The notes beneath the pieces were generated by a model. That model was not told the DNA's origin and searched no databases. It worked only from the letters and a program-made list of their open reading frames with translations. DNA of 64,000 nucleotides from an uncultured Chloroflexia bacterium (GTDB lineage Bacteria; Chloroflexota; Dehalococcoidia; DSTF01; JALHUB01). Shown one piece after another: positions 51,862 to 61,413 of the stretch. The position numbers were made by a program, and so were the translations under genes. The DNA is taken from NCBI GenBank assembly GCA_963726245.1, contig CAVSBT010000039.1, positions 1 to 64,000 of the forward strand, written 5' to 3'. Positions within the stretch are counted from its first letter, which is position 1, and each line of letters begins with the position of its first letter.

Positions 51862-52941
51862 CACCATGGAGGACATCCGGTCGAAGGTCCGGGCGGGCGG
51901 GCGCCTGACGCGGGATGAGGGCCTCGAGCTGCTCCAGCGGGCCGATCTGCTGGAGTTGGGCGCGCTGGCCCAAGAAGCCCGGTTTCGCCACAACCCGGAA
52001 CGGGCGGTCACCTTCGTCGTCGACACGAACCTCAACTACAGCAACGTCTGCGACGCCCACTGCGCCTTCTGCGCCTTCTACCGCCCCCTCGGCCACGCCG
52101 AGGCCTACACCCTAACGCCGGAGGAGGTAGTCGAGACGATCGGCCGCGCCGCGGCGGCGGGGGTGAACACCGTCCTCCTCCAGGGCGGCCTCCACCCGGA
52201 GCTGCCGCTCGAGTACTACGAAGAACTGGTTCGCCTCACCTGTCAGCGCTACCCGCAGGTGCTGCCCCACTTCTTCTCCGCTCCCGAGGTCATGAAGATG
52301 AGCGATGTCTCCGGCCTCAGCGTGCACGAGGTGCTGGCTCGCCTGCGGACCGCCGGCCAGCGCACCCTGCCCGGCGGCGGCGCGGAGATCCTGTCCGACC
52401 GCGTGAAGCGCCGGGTCAGCCGCGTCCACCCCAAGAACCGCACGAGGACTGGCTGGCCGTCCACCGCGAGGCCCACCGCCTCGGCTACCGCACTACGGCC
52501 ACGATGCTCTACGGCCACGTAGAGGATGACGAGGACATCGTCGAGCACTTGGAGGTGGTGCGCGCCCTCCAGGACGAGACGGGCGGCTTCACGGCCTTCA
52601 TCCCCTGGAGCTACAAGCGCGAGAACACCGCCCTGGGCAAGAAGGTGAAGGAGGAGGCGGGCCCCAACCGCTACCTGCGCATCATTGCCCTATCGCGGCT
52701 CTACTTGGACAACGTGCCCCACATCCAGGCGTCGTGGTTCTCGGAGGGGAAGAAGACGGGGCAGGTGGCGCTCCACTTCGGAGCGGACGACTTCGGCGGC
52801 ACGCTGTTCGAGGAGAGCGTGATGCTGGCCGCCGGCTTCTACAACCGCACCACGGTCGAAGAGGTGATGACCCTCATCCGCGAGGCCGGCTTCCAGCCCG
52901 CCCAGCGCACCACGCTGTACGAGATAACCCAGCGGTTCTGA
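51845..52941 (+). CDS. mqnC: Cyclic dehypoxanthine futalosine synthase MqnC (radical SAM; indel near 52444)
   Basis: D.N.NYSNVC...C.FCAFYR, LQGG.HP, PGGGAEIL, FTAFIPWS, HIQASW, GADDFGGT..EE. Confidence 0.9.
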
Positions 52942-52978
52942 GAGCCTGCTGCCCGGCCCGGAGCGGGATAGGCTGGGT

Positions 52979-53836
52979 CTACACGATGTCCAGCGGCGGC
53001 ACGGCTTCGATGATGCCACGCTGCACCGCCCTCGCGTAGAGCGACTCCAGGGCGGCGCGACCCTCCTCTCCCAGGTCCAGGGTGTCGTCGTTGACGTACA
53101 TGCGCACGAAGCGGCGGCCCGTCTCCCTGTCGACGCCCCGACCGAACCCGAGGGCATAGTCCAGCGCCTCGTCCTCGTGGGCCTGAGCCTCGCGGATGCT
53201 GGCCAGGAGGGCGTCGCGCACCCGTTCGGCCACCTGCGGGCCCAGATCGCGGCGCACGGCGTTCAGGCCGAGGGGAACCGGCAGGCCCGTGGCCCGATCC
53301 CAGGCCTCGCCCAGGTCCAGCACCTTGACGAACCCCTCTCGCTCATACGTGACCTGCCCCTCGTGGATGATGAGGCCGGCGTCCACCTCGCCTGCCGCGA
53401 CGACCTGGAGGATGCGGTCGAAGGGGGTGAAGACGGGCTCGAAGCCGGCGGCGAAGAGGCGCAGGAGGAGGTAGGCGGTGGTGTACCGGCCGGGCACGGC
53501 CACCCGCCGGCCCGTCAGGTCCGGGTCGATGGCCTTCCGGGCCACCACCACGGGCCCATACGCCCGCCCGATGGAGGCGCCCACGCGCAGCAGGCGATAG
53601 GTTCCGGCCAGCATGGGGTAGGCCGCCGCCGAGATGGCCGTCACCTCCAGCTCCCCCTTGCGCGCGCGGAGGTTCAGGGACTCGATGTCCTCCATCACGT
53701 GCTCAACTCTGTAGCCCGGGACCACAACCCGTCCGCCGGCGAGCGCCCAGAACATGAAGGCGTCGTCGGCGTCGGGGCTGTGGCCGATGCGCAGGATGGG
53801 CCGGCCGGCCGGACTAACCGTGTCGAGTTCGGTCAT
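52979..53836 (-). CDS. mqnD: 1,4-dihydroxy-6-naphthoate synthase MqnD
   Basis: GHSPDADDAFMF, DIE.LN, G..YGP.VV, PG.YTTAYLL, IIHEGQ.TY, LP.PLG, MYVN. Confidence 0.92.
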   Translation of the reverse strand: MTELDTVSPAGRPILRIGHSPDADDAFMFWALAGGRVVVPGYRVEHVMEDIESLNLRARKGELEVTAISAAAYPMLAGTYRLLRVGASIGRAYGPVVVARKAIDPDLTGRRVAVPGRYTTAYLLLRLFAAGFEPVFTPFDRILQVVAAGEVDAGLIIHEGQVTYEREGFVKVLDLGEAWDRATGLPVPLGLNAVRRDLGPQVAERVRDALLASIREAQAHEDEALDYALGFGRGVDRETGRRFVRMYVNDDTLDLGEEGRAALESLYARAVQRGIIEAVPPLDIV

Positions 53837-54546
53837 GGTTTCACCCCCAGGTGCAGGGCGACGGCGCCCAGGGCCAGCAGACGGTATTGCACCTCAACCA
53901 GCCCGGCCTCTCGCATCAGGCCGGCGAGCACGTCGGCGGTCGGGAAGGCGCGCACGGAATCGGGGAGATACGTGTAGGCGGCGCGGTCGCCGGCCACCAG
54001 GCCGCCCACCAGCGGCACCACGCCCCGGAAGTAGGTACGGAAGATCGGCCCGAAAAGCCGCGAGCGCACCGGGGTGAGCTCCAGGACGGCGACCCGCCCG
54101 CCGGGCGCCACCACCCGCGCCATCTCCTGCAGCGCCTGTCCCACGTTGTCCACGTTGCGGAGGCCGAAGCCGGAGGTGGCGCAAAGGAAGGCGCCGTCGG
54201 GAAAAGGCAGCCCCAGGGCATCGACCAGTTGCCACTGCACACGGCCGCTCAGCCCGGCCGCCTGCGCCTTGCGGGCCGCCAGCGCCAGCATCTCGCGGCT
54301 GAAGTCCACCGCCACCACCGTGGAAGCGCCCTGGCGCGCCAGCTCCAGAGCGAAGTCGCCGGTGCCGCAGCAGACGTCCAGGGCCGGGCCGCCGGCGGGC
54401 CGTGCCTGCCTGACAGCCAGTCGACGCCAGGCGTGGTGCCGGCCGCCAGTCATTAGTGTGTTCATGAAGTCGTAGCGACCGGCGATGCGGCCGAACATGG
54501 CCCGCACGAAGGGAGCGCGCGACGGCGCTCGGGCGTCGGTCTTCAT
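53833..54546 (-). CDS. menG: Demethylmenaquinone methyltransferase (MenG/UbiE)
   Basis: MFGRIA.RYD.MN, LDVCCGTGD, FGLRNV, AY.YLPDS. Confidence 0.92.
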   Translation of the reverse strand: MKTDARAPSRAPFVRAMFGRIAGRYDFMNTLMTGGRHHAWRRLAVRQARPAGGPALDVCCGTGDFALELARQGASTVVAVDFSREMLALAARKAQAAGLSGRVQWQLVDALGLPFPDGAFLCATSGFGLRNVDNVGQALQEMARVVAPGGRVAVLELTPVRSRLFGPIFRTYFRGVVPLVGGLVAGDRAAYTYLPDSVRAFPTADVLAGLMREAGLVEVQYRLLALGAVALHLGVKP

Positions 54547-54572
54547 CGGATGAGGCGGGCAGGCCAGTTTGC

Positions 54573-56126
54573 TCAGTCCTTCTTGGCGCGCTCCCGCTCG
54601 ATGAGCTCACGGCGGAGGATCTTGCCGGCGGCCGACTTGGGGATCTCCGTCAGGTACTCCACCTCGCGGATCTTCTTGTACGGCGCCACCCTCTCCGCCA
54701 CGAAGGCCATCAGCTCTTCGGGGCTGGCCTGGAAGCCCTCCCTGAGCACGACGTAGGCCTTGGGTATCTCGCCGCCCTCCAGGTGGGGCTTGGGGACGAC
54801 GGCGGCGTCGAGGACGGCCGGGTGTTCGTGGAGAAGGGCCTCCAGCTCCGCCGGGGCCACCTGGTAGCCCTTGTACTTGATCATCTCCTTCTTGCGCTCG
54901 AGGAGGTGCAGGTAGCCGTCCCCGTCCAGGTGGCCGATGTCTCCGGTGCGCAACCAGCCGTCGGGAGTGAGACACTCGGCGGTCTCCTTGGGGTTGTTCC
55001 AGTAGCCCTTCATGACCTGTGGACCCTTGACCATCAGCTCTCCGACCTCGCCAGCTGGTAGCTCCTCGCCGGTTTCCAAATCCACGATCTTCTCGAACGT
55101 GTCGGCCACCGGCGGGCCGGAGGACTCCAGCTTGATGCGGTCCAGAGGGGTCATGTTGGTGGCGGGGCTGGTCTCGGTCATCCCGTAGCTCTGGACCACC
55201 AGGCAGCCGTAGATGGACCTCGCTCGCGCCGCCACCTCGACGGGCAGCGGTGCGGCCCCCGAAGCTATCAGCCGGAGAGAGGAGGTGTCGAAGCTGGAGG
55301 GGTCGGGAACGTTGGCCATGGCCAGGATGGCGGGGGGAGCCAGGTAGAGGGTGGTTGTGTGGTGCTTGTCGATCAGGTGCAGCGCCTGCTCCACGTCGAA
55401 CCGCATCATGACGATATTCGTGAGGCCCAGGGAGATGCCTGAGCTCAAGAATGCCGTCATCCCGTAGATGTGGAAGAAGGGCAGCACGCTGAGGCCGACG
55501 TCGTCCGGCGCTACCTGCCCGGTCGCCTGGGTCTGCTTCACGTTGCTGGTGATGTTATGGTGAGTGAGCATGACGCCCTTGGGAAGGCCCGTTGTGCCGC
55601 TGGAGTAGGGCAGCACGGCCACGTCCTCGCGGGCGTTGATAGCCACCGGCCGGTACTCCTCCGAGACGCCGCCCAGCAGCTCCGGCAGGTTGTCCATGGG
55701 CCAGACATGGCGCAGACGGGGCAGATGTTGCCGGGCCGCCTCCACCGGGGCGGCCATGGGGCTGAAGACGAAGAGGGCGACGGCCTCGGCGTCGTCCAAC
55801 TGGTGCTCGATCTCACGCTCACGGTAGAGGGGGTTGAGAGTGCTGACCGTGGCGCCAGCCAGGAGGGCACCGTAGAGGACGGAGGCGTAGTCGACGTGGT
55901 TCGGCGAGTAGATGCCTACCTTGTCGCCCTTCTCGATGCCGTGGTCCTGGAGGAATCGCGCCACCTTCCGGGCGGAGCTCCAGAGCTCGCGGTAGGTGCG
56001 CGTGGTGCCATCAGCAGAGATGAGGGCCGGCTTGTCGCCGAAGCGTTCCGCCGACCGGCGCAGCAGTTCCGGGAGAGGAAACTCCTCATAGGGCGCCTGG
56101 CTGGGCCAGTATCCCGAGACAATCAT
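54573..56126 (-). CDS. AMP-forming acyl-CoA synthetase (4CL/FadD-like), copy 1
   Basis: YSSGTTGLPKGV, YGMTE, GWLRTGD, IKYKGYQVAPAELE, PK...GKILRR. Confidence 0.93.
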   Translation of the reverse strand: MIVSGYWPSQAPYEEFPLPELLRRSAERFGDKPALISADGTTRTYRELWSSARKVARFLQDHGIEKGDKVGIYSPNHVDYASVLYGALLAGATVSTLNPLYREREIEHQLDDAEAVALFVFSPMAAPVEAARQHLPRLRHVWPMDNLPELLGGVSEEYRPVAINAREDVAVLPYSSGTTGLPKGVMLTHHNITSNVKQTQATGQVAPDDVGLSVLPFFHIYGMTAFLSSGISLGLTNIVMMRFDVEQALHLIDKHHTTTLYLAPPAILAMANVPDPSSFDTSSLRLIASGAAPLPVEVAARARSIYGCLVVQSYGMTETSPATNMTPLDRIKLESSGPPVADTFEKIVDLETGEELPAGEVGELMVKGPQVMKGYWNNPKETAECLTPDGWLRTGDIGHLDGDGYLHLLERKKEMIKYKGYQVAPAELEALLHEHPAVLDAAVVPKPHLEGGEIPKAYVVLREGFQASPEELMAFVAERVAPYKKIREVEYLTEIPKSAAGKILRRELIERERAKKD

Positions 56127-56264
56127 AACGCACCCCCCGACTCGGCTGAGATGATGGCTGAAGCGAGGGTCTGGTGGGCCTCGCACCGGCCACCTCAGTC
56201 CTGCCCCGCCGCTGCTTGTCGCGGGTGCGGCCGGTCTTCGGTGTAGTGCGACCGGCCGGCTCGC

Positions 56265-57824
56265 TCAGTCCTTCTTGGCCTTGGCGCGCTCCCGCTCGAT
56301 GAGCTCGCGGCGGAGGATCTTGCCAGAGGCCGTCTTGGGGACCTCCGTGAGGTACTCCACCTCGCGGATCTTCTTATAGGGCGCCACCCTCTCGGCGACG
56401 AAGGCCATCAGCTCTTCGGGGCTGGCCTGAAAGCCCTCCCTCAGCACGACGTAGGCCTTGGGTATCTCGCCGCCCTCCAGGTGGGGCTTGGGGACGACGG
56501 CGGCGTCGAGGACGGCCGGGTGTTCGTGGAGGACAGCCTCAAGCTCGGCCGGGGCCACCTGGTAGCCCTTGTACTTGATGAACTCCTTCTTGCGCTCCAA
56601 GAGGTAGAGGTAGCCGTCCTCGTCTATGTGGCCGACATCGCCGGTAAGCAGCCAGCCGTCCTCGCTGAGGCACTCGCTGGTCTCCTGGGGCCGCTTCCAG
56701 TAGCCCTTCATCACTTGCGGCCCCTTCACCACCAGTTCGCCCACCTCGCCGAGCCCAAGCTCCGCGCCGGATTCCATGCTGACGATCTTCTCGAAGGTAT
56801 CGGCGAAGGGCGGGCCGCAGGACTCCAGCTTGATGCGGTCCAGCGGGTTGCTGTTCGTGGTGGGGCTGGCCTCGGTGAGACCGTAGCCCTGCGACACGAG
56901 GCAGTTGTACTTCGCCTGCGCTCGCTCCGCCACCTCCGGCGGCAGGGGCGCCGCCCCGGAGACGATTACCCGCAGCGAGGAGGTATCGTAAAGCGAGGGG
57001 TCGGGAACGTTTGCCATGGCCAGGATCGCCGGCGGCACCAGGTAGAGGTTGGTCATCTTGTACTTGCCCACCAGGTGCATCATCTGCTCGAAGTCGAACC
57101 GCATCATGACGACGCCGGTGGTGCCCAGGGCGATGCCCGTGCTCAAGAGCACCGTCATCCCATAGATGTGGAAGAAGGGCAATACGCATAGGCTCACGGC
57201 ATCCGACGTCAACTGCTCGACCGCGATGCCCTGCTTGACGTTGCTAGTGATGTTGTAGTGAGTGAGCATGACCCCCTTAGGCAGGCCCGTCGTGCCGCTG
57301 GAGTAGGGCAGCACAGCCACGTCCTCGCGGGCGTTGATGGGTACCGGCCGGTACTCCTCCGACACGCCGCCCAGCAGTTCCGACAGGTTTTCCATGGGCC
57401 AGACATGACGCAATCGGGGCAGATGCGCACGGGCCGCCTCCACGGCGGCGCCCAAAGGGCTAAAGATGAAGAGGGCGACAGCCTCGGCGTCGTCCAACTG
57501 GTGCGCGATCTCACGCTCGCGATAGAGGGGGTTAAGAGTGGTCGCCGTGGCCCCAGCCAGCATTATCCCGTAGAGGAGGGAGGCGTAGTCCGCGTGGTTC
57601 GGCGAGTAGATGCCTACCTTGTCACCCTTCTGGATGCCGTTATCCTGGAGGAATCGCGCCACCTTGCGGGTGAGGCTCCACGCGTCTCGGTAGGTGCGGA
57701 TGGCGCCGTCGTAGCCGATAAGGGCCGGCTTGTCGCCGAAGCGCTCCGCCGAGCGACGCATGAGCTCCGGGACCGGAATCTCCTCATAAGGGGCCTGGCT
57801 TGGCCAGTATCCTGACACAATCAT
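56265..57824 (-). CDS. AMP-forming acyl-CoA synthetase (4CL/FadD-like), copy 2
   Basis: Same motifs; close tandem paralog of copy 1. Confidence 0.93.
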   Translation of the reverse strand: MIVSGYWPSQAPYEEIPVPELMRRSAERFGDKPALIGYDGAIRTYRDAWSLTRKVARFLQDNGIQKGDKVGIYSPNHADYASLLYGIMLAGATATTLNPLYREREIAHQLDDAEAVALFIFSPLGAAVEAARAHLPRLRHVWPMENLSELLGGVSEEYRPVPINAREDVAVLPYSSGTTGLPKGVMLTHYNITSNVKQGIAVEQLTSDAVSLCVLPFFHIYGMTVLLSTGIALGTTGVVMMRFDFEQMMHLVGKYKMTNLYLVPPAILAMANVPDPSLYDTSSLRVIVSGAAPLPPEVAERAQAKYNCLVSQGYGLTEASPTTNSNPLDRIKLESCGPPFADTFEKIVSMESGAELGLGEVGELVVKGPQVMKGYWKRPQETSECLSEDGWLLTGDVGHIDEDGYLYLLERKKEFIKYKGYQVAPAELEAVLHEHPAVLDAAVVPKPHLEGGEIPKAYVVLREGFQASPEELMAFVAERVAPYKKIREVEYLTEVPKTASGKILRRELIERERAKAKKD

Positions 57825-59326
57825 AGCGTATTCTCCTCCACACTCAGGTAAACGGATGATGTATGGAGCGACTCCTTCGCCTCCGCGTCACCATTTCGCG
57901 GATACGAGCGGGCATCCTGCCACTCGATAAGTCGGGAAACGGCGTGCAGGGCCCGGTGCACCCCCCAGAAGACGGGCAGCCCGGCCCGAGCACAGCGGTC
58001 CTGAAAGGCCAGCACCCTGGCCATGGTCTCGACGGAAGTGGGCGGCCAGATGACGGCGACCACGGGCTTGCCGGCGACCTTCGCCGCCTCCACCAGGGCC
58101 TCGACGCCCTGCGCCACGAACTCCATCGAGTCCCGATCCCTGCCCGGCGACCAGTCGATGCGGGACTGGATGAGGAGCAGGTGAATGTCCGGCGAGCTGG
58201 CAACGATGCGAACCGCCTCCTGAAACTGCTCCCCGGCGCTGATGCCAACGGTGTCCAGCGGGTTACGCACGCTGGTGCCCGCCACGGGCGTGAACTGCCG
58301 TAGCTTCGCCTGCAACTCCTCCGAGAGGGCGGGCACCCTCAGCCCCTCCCGCTCGGCGGCGTCGGCGGACAGCACGCTGCTTCCGCCGCCGATGCCCATG
58401 ATGGCGACTCCCCGGCCGGCGGGCCTCTTCAAGAAAGAGAAGGCAACGGCCATGTCCTCGAGCTCGGCAAGCGTCTGCACGGTCAGCGCCCCGGCCTGAC
58501 GGCAGGCCGACTCCCACACCGCGGCCGACCCGGCCAGACTGCCCGTGTGGGAGTCGGCGGCGCGGCTGCCCGCGCCGGTGACGCCCCCCTTGAGGACGAT
58601 GGTCGGTTTGGCCGCGGAAGCCGCTGAAAGCGCCTTCAGAAAACGCCGGCCGTCCTCCACCCCCTCGATATAGGTTGTGATGACCGACGTTTCCGGGTCT
58701 AGAGCACAGTACTCCAGAAAGTCGCTCTCGTCTAGGTCGACTGCGTTGCCGTAGCTCACGACCTTGCTGAAGCGGATGCCGCGCAAGGAGGAATAGGTGA
58801 TCATCTCCTCCGCGTTGAGCCCGCTCTGCGAGATGAAAGCGACGTTGCCGCTCTCCTTCGGCGAGTCGCGGCTGAAGGCGACCTTCGCCGCCGGGCAGTA
58901 GAGCCCCATGCAGTTGGGCCCGATGATGCGCACACCCGCTGCTCGCGCCCGGCGCAGCATCTCCTGCTCCAGAGCGGCGCGCTCCTCGTCGCCGGTCTCG
59001 CGGAAACCGGCCGTGAAGAAGTGGACCGAGTGCACGCCTTTGGCCGCGGCGTGGTCCATCAGCTCCAGGACGCCCGACGCCGGGATGCTCGAGATGACGT
59101 GGTCAACCGGCCCCGGCACGTCGAGCAGCGACGGATAGCAGGGCAGGCCCAGGACCTCCTGCAACCGGGGGTTGATGGCATAGATGGGCCCGGGGAAGCC
59201 CATGTGCTGGAGGGCGTGCACGAACATCCGCCCGCCGCCCCACTCCCGCCCCGTTCCGGAAACCCCTACTACTGCAATAGACCGAGGGTGGAAGATGTAG
59301 TCCAGGGGATGAGAAGAACCTGCCAT
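57821..59326 (-). CDS. NDP-forming acyl-CoA synthetase alpha-subunit-like CoA-binding protein
   Basis: F.PRSIAVVG.S, IIGPNCMG, ISQSG, SYGN..D, SHTGSLAG (phospho-His), NPLD. Confidence 0.88.
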   Translation of the reverse strand: MAGSSHPLDYIFHPRSIAVVGVSGTGREWGGGRMFVHALQHMGFPGPIYAINPRLQEVLGLPCYPSLLDVPGPVDHVISSIPASGVLELMDHAAAKGVHSVHFFTAGFRETGDEERAALEQEMLRRARAAGVRIIGPNCMGLYCPAAKVAFSRDSPKESGNVAFISQSGLNAEEMITYSSLRGIRFSKVVSYGNAVDLDESDFLEYCALDPETSVITTYIEGVEDGRRFLKALSAASAAKPTIVLKGGVTGAGSRAADSHTGSLAGSAAVWESACRQAGALTVQTLAELEDMAVAFSFLKRPAGRGVAIMGIGGGSSVLSADAAEREGLRVPALSEELQAKLRQFTPVAGTSVRNPLDTVGISAGEQFQEAVRIVASSPDIHLLLIQSRIDWSPGRDRDSMEFVAQGVEALVEAAKVAGKPVVAVIWPPTSVETMARVLAFQDRCARAGLPVFWGVHRALHAVSRLIEWQDARSYPRNGDAEAKESLHTSSVYLSVEENTL

Positions 59327-59407
59327 ATTCACAGCCAATATAGCACCACCGACGGTTACAAGGGAGTAGAATCTTTGGGCAAGCCGAACGATACATGGGG
59401 AACCAGC

Positions 59408-60343
59408 GTGCCCTACGAGCTCCCACCCATGAGGCCGCCCAGCGAAGCCCGCTCCCTGCTGATCAGGGTCATGCGCGGCTGCCCCTGGAACTACTGCACC
59501 TTCTGCTCGGCCTACAAGGACCTGCCCCGGAAGGCGGCGATGCGCTCGGTGGACGAGGTGAAGGGCGACATCGACGAGCTGAAGGCGGCCTGCGACGAGA
59601 TGCGCCGCCAGGGCTACGTCGTGGAGCCGGAGACCGCCTTCCTCGCCGACTCCAACGCCATCATCATCAAGACCGCCGACCTGGTCGAGATCATCGCCCA
59701 CCTGCTCGAAGCCTTCCCTTCGCTGGAGCGGGTGACCTCCTACGGCCGGGCGAAGACGGTTCTGGCCAAGAGCCCGGAGGAGCTGCGCGAGCTGAGACGG
59801 GTTGGCCTGAGCCGCCTTCACCTGGGCCTGGAGAGCGGCGATGACGCCGTCCTGCAGCGGGTCAAGAAAGGCGCCACCTCCCAGGAGATGATCGCCGCCG
59901 GCATCAAGGTCAAGGAGGCCGGCTTCGAGCTCTCCGAGTACGTGATGCCGGGCCTGGGCGGCCGGGACGCCTCGGAGCGCCACGTCGAGGGCACCGCCCG
60001 CGTCCTCAACGCCATCGACCCCCACTACACCAGGGTCAGGTCCCTCACCCTCGTCCCCGGCACGCCCCTCTTCGCCGAGTACGAGGCCGGTGAGTTCGAG
60101 GCGCTGTCGAGGCTAGAGGTGGCGCGCGAGATCACGGCCCTGGTCGAGCGCCTGGAGATCAGCGGTCGCCTCTGCTTCGACCACTTCTCCAATCCGCCCT
60201 GCCTGCGACAGGACTGGGAAGGCTACAAGCTCCCGGAGGAGAAAGAGGCGGTCCTCTCCGCCCTTGACGGCGCCCTGGAGCGGTGGTCAGTTCGCCTATC
60301 TGTCGGCCAAGGCCTCGGGCCCGCCATCGCCACCCAGCTCTGA
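59408..60343 (+). CDS. Radical SAM protein of unknown function
   Basis: RPPSEA.SL, GCPWNYCTFCSAYK (CxxxCxxC), GLESG.D.VL....KG. Confidence 0.9.
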   Translation: MPYELPPMRPPSEARSLLIRVMRGCPWNYCTFCSAYKDLPRKAAMRSVDEVKGDIDELKAACDEMRRQGYVVEPETAFLADSNAIIIKTADLVEIIAHLLEAFPSLERVTSYGRAKTVLAKSPEELRELRRVGLSRLHLGLESGDDAVLQRVKKGATSQEMIAAGIKVKEAGFELSEYVMPGLGGRDASERHVEGTARVLNAIDPHYTRVRSLTLVPGTPLFAEYEAGEFEALSRLEVAREITALVERLEISGRLCFDHFSNPPCLRQDWEGYKLPEEKEAVLSALDGALERWSVRLSVGQGLGPAIATQL

Positions 60344-61116
60344 TGGTCCCGCCGGACGGCTACGTTCCCTATCGCCGCCTGCGCCGCTGGCAGACGGTGG
60401 ACCTGAGCCTGCTGGGCGTGCAGGAGGGTTTCTCGGTCCTCGACGTCGGCTGCGGGGAGGGCTATCTGCTCAGGAAGGCCGCCGGGAGGGCCTCGCTGAT
60501 CTTCGGCGCGGACCTGGACGGGAACCGCCTCCGGGGGACACGAGACCGCTCCGGCCGGTCGCCTGTCGGGTTCGCGGTCGCCGACGCGCAGCGCCTGCCG
60601 TTCGCGGACGCTTCCTTCGACCGCATCATCTGCACCGAGACGCTGGAACACGTGGTCGACACGCAACGAGCGCTGCGCGAGCTGGCCCGCGTCCTCAGGC
60701 CGGGCGGGCGACTGGCCATCAGCGTGCCCCACTTCCTCTGCGAGGCGATCCTTCTCCGGCTGATCCGGGGGTATCTGGAGTTCCCGAACGGGCACCGACG
60801 CATATTCACACCCCGGACGCTTACCAGGGCGCTGGCGCGTGCGGGCCTCGAACCGTACGCGACGTATCGGCGGGACTCCCTGGAGGCGGCCTACTGGGTC
60901 CTGCTGTCTCTGCTCAGCCGCCCACCCCGGCGCTTCGACGCGGCGCTGGCGGCCCTCGAACGGTGGCGGGCCCGGACGCGCGCCGAGCCGTATTCGCGCT
61001 TCTATCACGCCGCAGACCAGGTCGGCAACCGCCTCCTGCCCAAGAGCGTGGTGGTCTACGCCTTCAAGCCCGCCAGCCCAAGCTCGGCAACCTGCGTCGC
61101 ACCCCTCTCCGAGTAG
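60343..61116 (+). CDS. Class I SAM-dependent methyltransferase
   Basis: VLDVGCGEG, DA..LPF.DASFD, ETLEHV, RVLRPGG; TGATG coupling to the radical SAM gene. Confidence 0.88.
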   Translation: MVPPDGYVPYRRLRRWQTVDLSLLGVQEGFSVLDVGCGEGYLLRKAAGRASLIFGADLDGNRLRGTRDRSGRSPVGFAVADAQRLPFADASFDRIICTETLEHVVDTQRALRELARVLRPGGRLAISVPHFLCEAILLRLIRGYLEFPNGHRRIFTPRTLTRALARAGLEPYATYRRDSLEAAYWVLLSLLSRPPRRFDAALAALERWRARTRAEPYSRFYHAADQVGNRLLPKSVVVYAFKPASPSSATCVAPLSE

Positions 61117-61202
61117 GGCTATACTGAAGCCAGCGGCGCTCCGATGCCGCAATCGGCCATTGGCCCGAAGCCGCATAGACTCCACGACGAAAGGTCGGTT
61201 CG

Positions 61203-61409
61203 ATGGCAGACGTTACAATTACGCCTCGCGACAACGGGCCCTACCTGGTGCGCGGCCCCGTCAAGCTGGTGGACGTCGAGGGGAATGAGTTCGAGGTCCA
61301 GGGGGAGGCCATAGCCCTCTGTCGTTGCGGCCACTCCTCCAACAAGCCCTTCTGCGACGGCACGCACCGAAAGGTGGACTTCCAGGCCGTCAACCGCGCG
61401 AAGGCCTAG
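61203..61409 (+). CDS. CDGSH iron-sulfur domain protein
   Basis: NGPY, ALCRCGHSSNKPFCDGTH. Confidence 0.93.
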   Translation: MADVTITPRDNGPYLVRGPVKLVDVEGNEFEVQGEAIALCRCGHSSNKPFCDGTHRKVDFQAVNRAKA

Positions 61410-61413
61410 CAGG

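Noticed and set aside
57821-60025. 734-aa ORF as one protein
   Set aside because: The first ~230 aa are antisense to the radical SAM gene; the CoA-binding protein starts at 59326
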